Assembly (NCBI GenBank): GCA_013239625.1
Contig: MU054187.1
Coordinates: 620,001 to 684,000, forward strand
Source: Lama guanicoe
Taxonomy: Eukaryota
Length of the DNA: 64,000 bases
Direction of reading: 5' to 3'
The position numbers were made by a program, and so were the translations under genes. This document shows, in pieces, positions 46,846 through 59,047 of this stretch (the stretch's first letter is position 1; each line of letters opens with the position of its first letter). The notes beneath the pieces were generated by a model, which saw nothing but the letters and a program-made list of their open reading frames with translations, ran no database searches and was not told the DNA's origin.

Positions 46846-49403
46846 AGTTCCACGGTGCCTGGGGTCGGGCACAGACGCCGCAGAACCAGCCCTGCTGGCC
46901 GTTTGGCTCTCAGTTGGTGGCCCCTCGGTGGACACTTTTGGGAAGTGGGTTTTGTGTCCACGTGGTGGGAGAGCCCTGAGGAGGGGCAGCCCAGTGACTT
47001 GGGTTCAGACTCCTCAGATGAGGGGCCAGTGAGCTCTCTGTACCTGCACCGCGGATCCCCCGTGCCCTGCACGGCGCGTGCGTGTCGGGGCCGGAGTCCG
47101 AGCACGTCTGGGGCAGCATGAGCCCCGACCCCTCAAGTCCCTTCAATCTGCAATCCTGCGAATTGGTGGTCAGACAGAGATGGCATCGTGGATTCAAAGG
47201 GTGAGAAGCAAACTCCTGCGGCCGCCCTTGTGTTCAGTTTTGGTGTTTGTGGGAGTCGAGGGTGGGGGACGTGCAGTGGAAATCGTGTTCGATGTCCACC
47301 TTCGAGGGCGGCTAGTCTCTTGGTCAACTCAGAAAGGTGGATGGACTCAGAGGACGGGTCACTGGGCGCTGACGTGAATCCCACCTGGGAGGCGCCCGGG
47401 ACACCCTGTTGCTTGGCCGTGTGCTGTGCGCCCGGCAGAGCCTGTGACAGGCACGTGTGGTGACAGTCACTGCGGGGCAAGCCAGATCAACCTGAGGCGG
47501 ACGGAAGTCTTCGAGGAGCGGGGGCCACGCTGCCTGTGGCTGGAAGTGGGTGGAGGCGGGTGGAGAAGAGACTGGCCCCCACTTGCAGTTTCTAGCCTGT
47601 AGAGAAGGACCCAAGTGGGCCTGGTTTTCTTTCGATCTTAGCGACCCTCGGGGCTGCTCTGACTACCCGAGGGTGCAGGCACCTTTCTGTCCCGCAGGCC
47701 CCTTGGCTTTTCAGACGCTGCCCCGGCTGCTTCTAGAAGCTTCACACAATGTAAGAGATGAGCTGACGGTCACTCACTGGCCTGGGCCCCTTGGGGAGCT
47801 CGACTCTGTAGACACATCTGGCGGGGACTCGCGCTGAAACGGGCCGAGGACAGTGATGAGGCGACGGGAGGGTGTGCCCACGTCCTCCCCTGGGGACCGG
47901 CAGAGAGGTCCCCGAGACACCAGGGAGAAGCGAGTCTGGGGCGTGAGGAGTGGGGACAGGAGCAACCCAGACAAGAAGAGGGCCTGCAGCTTGAGGAGGA
48001 GAGAAGACCGCGAGTCAAGGCAGGCTGATAATTTGGGAGAAAAGGAGGGATGCAGGCCTGAGCGGCGCGGAGGAGGGAGTGAGGGCTGAGGGGCAGAAAC
48101 GGAGGCGGCCGTGCTCAGAGTTCAAGCAGTCGGGACCGAGATTCTGGAGGTGGGGGTGTCCCGTGGCGGCCAGGTCTGTGGGCGGCCTCTTGCCGAGGAG
48201 GTGACATCAGGGCGGCGAGGTGGGTGTGGAAGGACCATCTTTGGGAACTCTAGGGCGGAAACTTACCCTGGGGCGTCTAGGGGTGAGAGACCCTGCAGCC
48301 CACGAGTCTGAGAAAACGCTTCCCGCAGCCGTCACGCTGATGGGGATTGTCGCCCTCCAGGCGAGGCCCAGAGGTGAGTCACGGTCCCGCCCTGGTGACC
48401 TCGGCTGGCTCAAGGACCGCAAAGCTGAGCGGAGTCCTGGGCAGGGCTCGGGTGGAGGCGAGAGCTGGCGAGAAGGGAGACTGGACGCTGGTCGGAGCCC
48501 CGCAGCCTTTCAGAAGCAGCGGATGGCCAGAACCTTCTCGCTAGCACAGACGTGGCCCATTTCTAAGAGCATGACAGATACCTGCTTCGAAAGGAAGCCT
48601 TTTCTTGGACGGTGTAACTTGTACCATTTAATTTCTCACCTTGTTGAGCTGCACGTTCACTGCATTTAAAAGCTGAGATTTTGCGGCCAGCAGTGTGCTA
48701 AAAACCTGTGAGTTCTGAAGCCCTCAGAGTTAAAACTCTGCCCGGGGCCTGCAGATGGCTCGGGTCACCGTCTGGGCAGAGCCCTGCGGTCACCGACCTC
48801 TAGGTCTCATCTGAGGAATCGGAAAACACCTGACGTTCAATTTTTAAGTCTCACCTCAGTGTTGGTTTCTTACCAGATTATCGCAGTTTGTGCAGCCTTT
48901 TCGGCCGAATAATCTTTGTTTAACTCAAACCAGACTTACTCTGCACTCCGACTGGAGTCTATTTATTTTTGTTCCATTTTGGAGATATTGCCCAGTAATG
49001 AGCTTACACTGTGGGTTTCAAGTAAACGCACTGAATCAGCTCGTCTTCTCGGGGCAGAGACATACTCATCCTGCACCCTTCCCCGGCACGCAGTGTCCCC
49101 GGGTACCTGCTTCTTGTCTCTGAGGGGCCATTTCCAGTTTTGTTTGGTGACCAGAAGGAACAGGTCACCACTGACGCCGAGAAATGCTGGGTGGGATGAA
49201 GACACGGACCCCTGCCCCCGATCGTGGGCAGCACATTGTAGGCTGGCGGGCTGCCCGGGACCCTGGAGAGCTGACCCAGACCCTCAGCTTCTGCTGCTGA
49301 GCACGTGGTGGGGGCCCGCCCGCTCTCTCAGGAACCAGCTTTAGCCTGAGCACACAGACTCGCACTGGAAGAGGGTTTCCAGCAGCACAGCCTGGGTTCA
49401 GCC

Positions 49404-49530
49404 ATTGACTCATTCAGCAAGTATTTATGAAGTGCAGGCCGGAGAGGACGAGGCTGAGTAAGGCAGGCGGGATCTGTGGTCCATGGATTTGCAAGGAGAA
49501 CATTGAACACATAAACAGAAAACTTAAAAG
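49404..49530 (-). mobile_element. LINE-2 3' end fragment
   Basis: cattgactcattcagcaagtatttatgaagtgc resembles the antisense L2 tail cattcattcaacaaatatttattgagc. A later ...ccatggatttgca...cataaaca is collinear with it. Confidence 0.55.
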
Positions 49531-49597
49531 CAGAGCAGCAGCTGGGTGATGGGGCTGGCCAGCCGGCCACACAGCTCTCCCAAGCCCCGTCCTCCCT

Positions 49598-50257
49598 AAA
49601 GATCCCTGGGCCCAGTGTGGCCCTGGACCCCTGTCGGCCCCTGGATGAGCCAACAGGACCTGGAGGCAGCTGGAGGCTCCGGGATGCTCGGGGAGCCACC
49701 GTGCCGAGGGAGGGACAAAGGTGGACGGAAGAGGACGCCAGTTGGAGGCCAGGAGGCCAGGGCTGAGTTGGGGCCACGGACTCCATGTCCAGCTTGGCCT
49801 CTGGAGAGGGGAGCCGGGGCCCAGGCCAACCACCCCTCCCCTCCCCTCTCTGCACGGCTCAGCCTTCCCACTGTACCCCACCTCAGGGGCTGCTGCCTGC
49901 GCCAGCGAAGCCGCCAGAACCGTGGGCTCCACCAAATTGCACCCACCCTCTGCCTCCCCCTCCCCTGGCTGTGCTCCTGCGGGTGCACAGGGCAGCCGCC
50001 CAGCTATTCAGAGAGACGCGTGGCCCTGCAGACTCGGGACATGTCCCAACTGCACCTGCAGATCCTCCCCCAGGGCCGCGGGCACTGGCTGCGCTGCACC
50101 TGCCATGGGCGCGCCTTCCTCTGGGCCACATACCTGGTGCCGGGCGTGCAGGCCCCGGCCTGCTCCACATCCTGCCCTGCCCGCGCGCGTCTGCCCCCCG
50201 CAGCCAGGCCGGGACTCTGCCCAAGGGTTTCCTACAGCGACAGGAAGACAGAGGGGC
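49598..50257 (+). repeat. Copy 1 of a ~660-bp local direct duplication
   Basis: Aligns end to end with 53874-54532; starts aaagatccctgggcc and ends agaggggc. Confidence 0.97.
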
Positions 50258-52220
50258 GCCCACCTGCTGCCTGTCCCTCCTGCTCAGCCCCCCTCGGACC
50301 TCGCCTTCACCTGGCTGTCGCTTGTCAACCCTTTTGCTTATTATGGTTTCTCAAGAAACAGTCGTGGGGTCAAATGCGGGTGCACCAGCGAGCTTGGAAG
50401 GGGAGATGCTCATCAGGGAAGCGGGGTTTTCTGAGGTTAGATGACTCTTCAGAGGAGATGGCCAGCTGTCCTTTCCCATCGGAACCAGCACATAAGCTTT
50501 TTGTAAAACCAAGTTCTGTTTGCTACAGGACTTCGAACATTTTAGCAGTTTTTTCAAGCTCTAAGAGACAGGGGTGGATTTGCTCAGAGCGACCAGGAGG
50601 AGGTGAGAGAAGCGGCGTAGACGGTGGGAGCAGTGTGCGGGGACAAGGGGTGCAGGCCCTCTCCCCACCCGGGCCCCCCGAACCTGCTCTGAGCTCCGCC
50701 CACTGTCTGCCTCGCTGGCCTGTATCTGACTTCCCGGTTTCCGTCAGCTGCTTCTGTGAGCTGTCACTCAGTCATGGAGCATCGGGAAGGCATCCTGTGA
50801 GTGACGGAGCACAGGCCACCGCTGCAGGGCCTCACATGCTCAGAGCTGCTCCGCCAGCGGGAGGCTGCAATCTTGCTTCTTGCTTTATTGGAATTTTTTC
50901 TTGTAGGCATCTGCATTTCCTTCAGACTCTGTTTTGTGTGGGACGGTGGGACGCTGGACCCTGTCAGGGGATTCGCCACTGGGGCCGTCGGGGATGTGGC
51001 GGGACAGAGGGCCCGTATTCCACTCGCGAGTGTGTGTGTGGCTGGACCACCTGACGGGGCAGCGTGGGCTGGCCGGGCAGGAGGCGGCGGAGGCAGACAG
51101 GAGGCCGTGTGTCCTGGGGGAGGAGTGTGCTCGGAGGGGTTAAACCGTGCCAGGAAGGCACAGCCAGCTGCACGTTACTGGGGCTGCCTGGCTCCCACAG
51201 GCGCGGCCGGTGTGGGGACGTAGGGGCGGGGGACCACTGGGGCGTCTCCACGCAGGTGTCCACGTCTGTGGCTGCACGTGTGGGCAGAGCGCCTCGCCCC
51301 ACACCCCCAGGGCGGCCGTCTGTCAGACCTTCCTTGCTGGGTCTTGACAAACCCTCTCTCCCGCAGTGAGGACCGCTTCCTTTAAAAAGCGTCCGTAGCT
51401 GTGGGTGAGGTGAGGCTAACGCCTGGGGAAGGTCCTGCCTGTTCTTTTTGTCACTGTTCTTCCAAGACTCCACGCCACCGAACCAAACCTCAGTTTTCAC
51501 TCCTTCTGGTCAAACCTGTGACTTTGTTCACAGACTGTGTGGTGTTGCTGATCCCCGCCGAGCTCGGCTGGTGTCCAGCGCGAGAGCGGAGCTCCCCAGG
51601 CCTCGGCATGGCTGTGGCAGGGCTCCGTCCAGCGTGGCCGCTCCAGGGCTCTGTGTCCTCAGCCGACGCTCCCGGCCCTATGGGCCTCCGACTCTCCCTC
51701 CAGGCAGGCGGGGGGCTTGGCTCCTGGGGGACACTCTGGTCTCGGCTGGGCCTGGACGGCCCCGGGCTGGTACAGGGATGCTCCACCCCAGAGCCCATCT
51801 GCGCTTGCCCGCACCGGCTTCCTGTCACTCCTGTGTCACCGGCGGGGGTGGGGGAGTCCACACCTGAGCGCGTCACCACCTGCCCCCGGGCTCATGAAGC
51901 CTGTGCCCGGGGACGGGGTGCAGGGGCCCCTCCCTGCTCCCGGGGCCCATGCTCAGTTTCCCCCTCACGTCCACCAGAGGTGGCACCTCCGCCCACCAGA
52001 GCAGAGCCGCTTCTGCCCGACATCCTTGGGCCCGCAATCCGGCTGCGTGTGTCCTAGAGCCCCAGCTGAGCTCTGCTCCCCTTCACAGCCCAGCCCCACC
52101 CCTCTCCTGCGAGGGGACAGTGAGAGACGGCCTGTCCCCAGGCAGAAGGGGTCGCCCGGGCCAAGGACAAGGCCGCCAAGGTCAGAGGGAGAAAGCACAG
52201 CTGGTGTGAGTGTAAGTTTC

Positions 52221-52498
52221 TATGTGCACATGTGTGTGTGTGACAGACATGCCTACATGCATATGTTTACACACACATGTGCACATGTACATACACAGAC
52301 ACAGTGGACACAGACACAAATACACACATATACACATGGAAACATACATGCACACATATACACTCATACACAAACACACATAGTCACACACATAGGCACA
52401 CATACACATACACAGCATATACACTTATGTACATACACACACAAGCACACAAACACACACATACACGATATGCACACACACACACATACACACACACA
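52221..52498. repeat. Degenerate (TG)/(CA)/(CATA) purine-pyrimidine microsatellite tract
   Basis: About 280 bp of alternating cacata/cacaca sequence; gives the His/Thr-rich spurious ORFs. Confidence 0.95.
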
Positions 52499-53873
52499 AC
52501 CGCAGTTTAATTCGGGACCAGAGACAAGCGCTCTCCCGCACAGCAGTGACGAAGTCGGAGGTCGAGGGCAGGGGCAGGACGTCCCTGGACGTCACCTGTG
52601 GCCCCGGAACACGGATCCTGAGGAGGGAGCGGGGCTCAGCCACAGGGTGACTCCCCGTGTCCAGAGCCGGCCTCCAGGGAGGAGAGCGTGTCACCGTCCG
52701 ACAGCGTGATTTTTGTCAGGAAGGTGTTTCCCTCCTGTCCCCTCCGCATGGCTCGTCCGGGGACCCCGCGGGACGCCCATCCCTGGAGGGGCCGCTGCAG
52801 CGTGGGGTCTGCCTGTTGAGGGGTGCCCAGTAGCGCCACCTCACTGCACCTCCTGGGGGGCCACATCCCCGAGGTCGCACGAAACCTCAGTGGAAACCGT
52901 CTGCGCTGCTGAGTCTGGGGCCGGCCTGGCCAGGTCAGCACGTGCCCTGTGCCCTCCACGGGTGTCCATCTGCCACCCCTGTGTGCTCAGTCCCCAGCCC
53001 TGTGGGCAGGGTCTTGGGGACCTCGCCCCCTGCAGCCCCCTAGTGCTGTGCACGCAGAGGGGCTCCTGCCTGACCAGAGGGCGTTGGCAGACCCTGGGGA
53101 GGCAGCCAGGAGCTCTGGGGGGGCACAGCAGGGGCTTGGGGCCGCGGCAGCTCAGGGGTGGCAGCCCCATCTGGTGGGGGCTGTGGTGCGCCTGCCCCCC
53201 ACCCCCCTGGGGCTCCAGAATTGTCCGTATCCACGTCTCTACAACTGCACGGCTCCTGGAGGGACGAGGTCACCTGACATCCCACCTCAGGCAGCAGCAG
53301 GTCCCGACAGGGCTCAGGTGGTTGGAGCCGCTGCCCCAGGTACTGGGGTCCTGAGAATTCAGGACCTGCGAGGAGGGAGGGAGCCCGTCACCCTGGCCCC
53401 CATGCAGGCCCCCTGCCCACCTGCCCAGGTGCTACTCGCCTGCCGGGCGTCAGAGGAGAGACCCAAGAGCCTCCCCCGCACGCGGCTCCTGGGGCCAGGG
53501 TGTCTGCCCTGACGAGCTCGGTGTGCCCACCCGCCCCCCAGGGCCAGCCTGTCCCGACTGACTTCTGCCGGGAGCCTCCCTCCCTCCCTGGCCCTGCCTG
53601 CAGCCCTGCAGCGAGCCCTCCCCTCACAGCGCCGACTGTCACCTGGGGGGGGGGTTCCGACAGCGTGAAACACCCTTGTCTTGCCCACGTCCCGTTCTCC
53701 GCAATCTAACAGCCCTGCCCAGAGGGCTGGGCGCCTCCTTGACCAAGTGTGGGGGCTTGAAGACGTCACCTGGCTCCAGTCCCTCCTCCTGTTTCCAGCT
53801 GAATGCCTCAGCTGCTTATTTGCGAACCTGCCTCTGACTGTAGGTCACGAGACGGGCTGAGCAGTCCTTCAGC

Positions 53874-54532
53874 AAAGATCCCTGGGCCTGGTGTGGGCCT
53901 GGACCCCTGTCGGCCCCTGGATGAGCCAACAGGACCCGGATGCAGCTGGAGGCTCTGGGATGCTCGGGGAGCCACCGTGTCCCGGGAGGGACGAAGGTGG
54001 ATGGAAGAGGACGCCAGTGTGAAGGCTGGGAGGCCAGGGCTGAGCAGGGGCCACGGACTCCATGTCCAGCTCGGCCTCTGGAGGGGGGAGCCGGAGCCCG
54101 GGCCCACCACCCCTCCCCTCCCTGCACGGCTCAGCCTCCCTTGCCGCACCCCACCCCGGGGGGATGCCGCCTGCGCCAGCAAAGCCGCCAGAACCGTGGG
54201 CCCCACCAAAGTGCACCCACCCTCTGCCTCCCCCCTCCCCCGGCTGTGCTCCTGCGGGCGCACAGGGCAGCCGCCCAGCTATTCAGAGAGACGCGTGGCC
54301 CTGCAGACTCGGGACATGTCCCGACTGCACCTGCAGGTCCTCCCCCGGGGCCGCGGGCACTGGCTGCGCTGCACCTGCCGTGGGCGCGCCTTCCTCTGGG
54401 CCACATACCTGGTGCCGGGCGTGCAGGCCCCGGCCTGCTCCACATCCTGCCCTGCCCGCGCGCGTCTGCCCCCCGCAGCCAGGCCGGGACTCTGCCCGAG
54501 GGTTTCCTACAGCGATGGGAAGGGAGAGGGGC
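53874..54532 (+). repeat. Copy 2 of a ~660-bp local direct duplication
   Basis: Aligns with 49598-50257; the shared peptides in the ORF track (GQPPSYSERRVALQTRDMS...) confirm it. Confidence 0.97.
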
Positions 54533-55627
54533 AACCCCCACCCCCTTAACACTCAGTCTTATCTCTGTTTTCTTAAACATCTCATGCGCTGAAAACCGTG
54601 CCCCTGACTCAGTGGACCCCCCCCCTCCATCTCCTCCCCCTCCTTCTTCCCGAGACCACGGCGACTCCAGTTTCCTGGCCTGTGTGCTCCCTGCAGGCGG
54701 GACAGTGGGACTTCTGTCTGCAGACACTGGACGTGGGGGCCACCCGTTGTGTGCAGACCCAAACAGGACAGGTTTCAGGGTCCTGGACAAGCAGGAGGTG
54801 CATCCACCTCCCAGGCGACGACTGACCCTAATTCCTAGGGCCACTGTGTTCTTTCCTGCGTTTACATGAGTCACAATCAGCACCCAGTCATATTTAGAAA
54901 TTCAAAGAGACAAGGGGCCTGCTTTGCACTTGGTCAAATTTACATGATCCAATTTAAGAGCACAGCAAGGCGGCCAAGGTCCGCATTTGGCCGGCTGACC
55001 CTCACAGAACTTGCAGGCAAGTCCGTGTTTGCCCAGCCGCTTGTAGGCTTTGGTGCTTTCACCGCGACCCTGCTTCCCGCTAACTTCTCGGTAACACTCC
55101 AGTACCTCGCAGCCAGCGCAGCAAACGCGCGGAGCCTCGAGCGTGGTCGGCTGGTGGGGAGCGCAGGACGGTGCCGACTGCTTCAGAATTAGTGGTGTCT
55201 TGCTGGGCGAGAGGGAAATTCAAGGAACTCGAGTGTGCCTCTTAAAGGGAACGAACTAGCACGCGTCCGCCTGTGAGTCTGTGATGAGGGCAGTGCGTGT
55301 GTGTGCGCGTGTGTGTTAATGGGGGGAGATGTCACAAAAACTGACTCTGAGAGAACAACACTCGTGAAAATTCCCCTCGGGGTTTTGCCCTGGTTTCAGG
55401 GGAGTCCTGCCTGCAAATACATCAGGTTGTTAAGGCTGTTTCCAGAGACATCCCTCAGCTCCCTTTGGCTTCAGCAAAGCCCACGTTTGGTCACGAGCGA
55501 GGGCCCAGGGCCATTTCTTCGAGTCCTGGTTGCCACGATCTTCCTCGTCACCGACAAGCTCCTCGTGAGAACTCAGGAGGCCCTGGGACACTGATGTCGG
55601 AGGCAAACCTCTTTCACCTCCAGGTTT

Positions 55628-55740
55628 TTATCATACTTCACAGTTTACAAGATGCTGTCTCAGGCTTATCTCATTCTGTTGTTCCAAAAACCCCATGTGA
55701 TGGGGTAGAGAGCAGGCATTTCCCCATTTTACATGCGGTG
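55628..55740 (-). mobile_element. MIR SINE fragment
   Basis: acttcacagtttacaagatgct...ttatctcatt...aaccccatgtga...ccccattttacatg is the antisense MIR pattern. Confidence 0.65.
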
Positions 55741-58169
55741 TCACTTCTGGAGTAATTTATAGCGTGTGAATAGGGTGGCCCCAGGTCCGACTTTGCCTGG
55801 AGCCGCCCGGATCCTGCGGTCTTGTTGTAACTACAGCCCCCCAACCCCCCCCCCCCCCGACAGACTTTCAAAGTCCAGTGACTGGTGAGGTCAGGGATGA
55901 GGTCGGGGGATGTGGTCGGGGCCTGGCCGCAAACCCGCCTCCACTCGCTGAGGTCCTCGGGCTGGGTCCTGGCATCTGGCAAGAGGCACGTCGTCACCAA
56001 GCTCTTGTGTTTGCTGCTGGACCGCGTGGCCACCTGCCTCGGCACCTTCTGCTTCTCCAGGGGGAGGACTTCCAGGTGCTGCCCAGGATGGCCCAGAGGC
56101 TCCTTCCGTGTCCCCTGTTGGAGGAGTCCAGCCCTCTCCTTTCCCAGGAGGACTTCTGCTCCCCCGACAGCCGGCCGCGGCCCCACCTCTCCTCACGCGC
56201 TGGCCTCGGAGCCACAGTCCGGCCGCGTGACCAGGCGAGGCCCCAGCCTAGTGTCCAGGCTCCTCTTGGGACTGAACACGGACACCTTTACGTGCAAACT
56301 GGGAACTACAACTAAAGAAAGAAAATTCCAAGGGGTTTCAGACGCGAAGAGCCCTGCAGGGAGCCGGGGTCCCCTCCACACGTGCGGGTGAACCATGGAG
56401 CAGCCTGGGGTGCGTGGGCCTGAAGCTGCGTTTACGTGAAACCTGGACGGAGCGCTCCCTGGACTTCGTGCGCCGTGCAGTTGAGGTCACAGGGGTTGTT
56501 TTGCTCTCTGACTGTTCCGATCCTGAAGGATTTAAGGAAGCCTCGATCACGTGGTTTGAAGTAATCTTGTAGCCGGCCCTGGGCTCACCGCCCTGGCGGG
56601 AGGCAGTGATTCACCTTAGAAAGCCACTTGCAGAGGAAACCGGTAGATTCTCGGCCCACCTGGTGCACCTCTCCGTCACCGGCTCACTGCCCTGGGCTCT
56701 GAGCCGCTGTGTCCCCCGTCCACACCGAGCCCCTGGAGACGGGACAGGGGACGGGGCACAGGCTGAGGGCACGGAGTCACCTGACGCCTTCCAGTGCGGC
56801 GCTCTGCGGGGCCGGCCGGGCCACGTAACAGGGCGGGGTGGCTGCCGGGGAGGCTGTGAGTCTCGGGGGAGGAGTGTTTTCCTGAGGGTGTGTTGGGAGG
56901 CGGGGGGGGGGGCACGGAAAGCCACACGTCAGGACCAGGGCGCTGGGAGCCGTCAGCTGCCTGTCGTCGTGAACGGGGTCTGGGGGGAAGGTGTGTTTCA
57001 CTGTGTCGCTCCTGCGGCAGCTCCTCGTGAGTCCTCACCCTGTCTCGGCCACACCCGGCGAGAGCCGGCCCGCAGCCCCGGCGGCCGTGGGGGACCGGGG
57101 ACGGTTCCGCGGGGAGGCGAACGTAGCTGACGAGGCGCGTCGGGCAGACGGGCGCTCCGAGGGGCGGCTCAGAGCAGGCGTCTCGACACGGCTGTCTTTG
57201 GGGTTTTAAGCAGATTTGACTGGAATTCCCTCTACAATCTCTCTCATTAAAAATGACACAACCGTGTTGGGGTGTGGGGGGGTCGCGGTGGATCCAGGCC
57301 GTGGCAGTGGTGGCCGCGTGGCAGAGCCCTCCGGCCCGGCCCGGCGAGGGCAGAGGGACTGGCCTGGACGCTGGTAACCAGTGGCTCAGCTCCAGCGGGG
57401 ACCTGTGGATGCTCGGGGTGATTTTACGGTACAAGCAGTTGCAGGCTCGGCTTCTTACAAGTGCAGTCTTGCACCAGAGATGTTTGCAGGTGAAGAATGC
57501 AGGACTACCAGTTTTCAGTGGTGGTTTTCAAATCCTGCAGTTAAAAAAAAAGTACTTGTTTCCCAAACAGAGTCTTTCCATGCTGCTTGTGAGGGCGCGC
57601 AGCCTGCCCGGAGGGCCCCCCGAGTGCGGGAGGAGGGACGCCACGCTCTGAGGAGCCAGCTGGGGGAGGCTCTGTTCAACCCTCCAGACGCTGGCTGCTC
57701 CCCTGCGGTCCTGACCCCGGGGCCCAACGGCAGGGACTGGCTGCGCCCGGGAAGGGAGGTGCAGAGCAAGACGGGATGGATGCATCCTCAAAGGGACCTG
57801 CTGCCTTCGGACGCCCCGCTGTTAAGCTGAGCGAAGTCTCAGTGTTGAGATCATTTGTGAGTTGCTCCAGCAGTGAAATGAGAAGAGCAGAACGGAGCGA
57901 CTGGGACAGATCACGGGGAGGAACGGGGTCGGGGGCGAGCCCTGCACTGGATGGGAAGCCCCAGGTTCTTCGTCCAGGGCGGACAGCATCTTCAGTTTCA
58001 ACAAAATTATTTAGACTTTTTGGAAGGCTTTTTTAGTTTTAGAAATAGTCAAGTAATAAAACAGGATTATTCACGTGGAAGTCCGTTTTTACTCAGCCTG
58101 CAATAAAAAGGTTAGGTACAGGTATATAAAAGTACGGAATTCTTTACATGATAAATTAAAATCCTGGTC

Positions 58170-58715
58170 ACCCACGGTGCACAGACTTGGCAGAGGAGCT
58201 CGAAGGTCGCGCACCCGCACTTCTCACGCGTGGGCCTGGCAGGCCCTCCTGGATGGTGCCTGCTAACATATGCTGGAAATCACAAAATCATGCAGGCCTT
58301 TCACCCGACATTCTGACTTTTGCAAAATTACCCCCAGTAAGTGAGCACGTGGAGAGATTTACCTACAAAGAGAGTTTATTTGGGGCATTACTCGTAACAG
58401 CAAAATGTGGGAACAAGCAAGTGTGTGCGACGGGGAAGCGGTGCCGGACGAGTGTCTGCCCGCCCAGGACAGTGCTCCTGAGACAGTGGGACACAAAAAG
58501 CAGCCGACAGAGCGCGATCCAGCGTGCTTGCTCAAACACACGGGTGTGCTCCGTGCATAACCACGGGGATACTTACAAATGCCTTAAGAAAGGCTGAAAA
58601 GAGTCTACACCAGAATATTAATATTTTAATTTTGATTTTTGAATTTCCTAAACTTCTGAAATACTCTTCAGTGATCCTGTATCATGGATACTCAGAGAAG
58701 TACAATAAAAAATTT
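58170..58715 (+). mobile_element. Old LINE-1 (L1ME-like) ORF2 end / 3' UTR fragment
   Basis: ggcattactcgtaacagcaaaatgtgggaacaagcaagtgt resembles L1 gcattgtttgtaatagcaaaaaactggaaacaacctaaatgt. gaaaagagtctacaccagaatattaa resembles the L1ME 3' UTR. Ends in AATAAAAAA at 58704. Confidence 0.6.
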
Positions 58716-58808
58716 AAACTATATTGTGTTGCCGACAAAAGATAGAAAAATCTTGTCACAGTCCAAGACTCTAACATTTTAAGAAGACACTTGGACAGCA
58801 AAAGAGCT

Positions 58809-58814
58809 TTTATT
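58809..58814 (-). terminator. Likely CLXN polyadenylation signal AATAAA; cleavage near 58792, implying a 3' UTR of about 1.35 kb
   Basis: First canonical minus-strand AATAAA I found downstream of the stop. It reads AATAAAAGCTCTTTTGCTGTCCA followed by GU/U-rich AGTGTCTTCTT. Confidence 0.55.
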
Positions 58815-58850
58815 TCATGAAGGTGCATATTCCATTTACTCGTAGCAGTC

Positions 58851-59047
58851 TTTTTTCCCCTTTTTTACTGAAGCACGGTCAGTTGCAGGGGGCTGGTTTC
58901 TGGTGCACGGCGGCGTGCTGCGGTCATGTGTGTACACACGTCTGTTCCTGCTCACACACTTCTTCCTGACAGGTGACCCCAGGCTGCTGAATACGGTTCC
59001 CTGAGCTGCACAGTAGGACCTTGCTGTTTGTCTATTTTCTATACAGT
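58851..59047 (-). mobile_element. 5'-truncated LINE-1 3' end (cetartiodactyl/laurasiatherian type), sense to CLXN and inside its putative 3' UTR
   Basis: T-run tail followed by ...ctgaatacggttccctgagctgcacagtaggaccttgctgtttgtctatttt. This is collinear with the recalled consensus ...ttgaatatagttccctgtgctatacagtaggaccttgttgtttatctatttt. Confidence 0.8.

Noticed and set aside
47750-48260. Purine-rich stretch resembling L2 body (also 21600-21945 and a MER5A-like piece at 38660-38730)
   Set aside because: Only scattered short similarities to remembered consensus; too degenerate to call without RepeatMasker.
49615-51054. Longest ORF (479 aa), partly duplicated in 53803..54549
   Set aside because: Non-ATG start, Pro/Arg/Gly/Ala-rich, no recognisable domain. 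The paralogous copy has frame-shifting indels, and long ORFs are open in several frames on both strands, as expected at this GC content.
49598-54532. The two 660-bp direct repeats as LTRs of an endogenous retroelement
   Set aside because: No TG...CA termini, primer-binding site, polypurine tract, target-site duplication or TATA/AATAAA in the repeats, and no gag/pol similarity in the interior.
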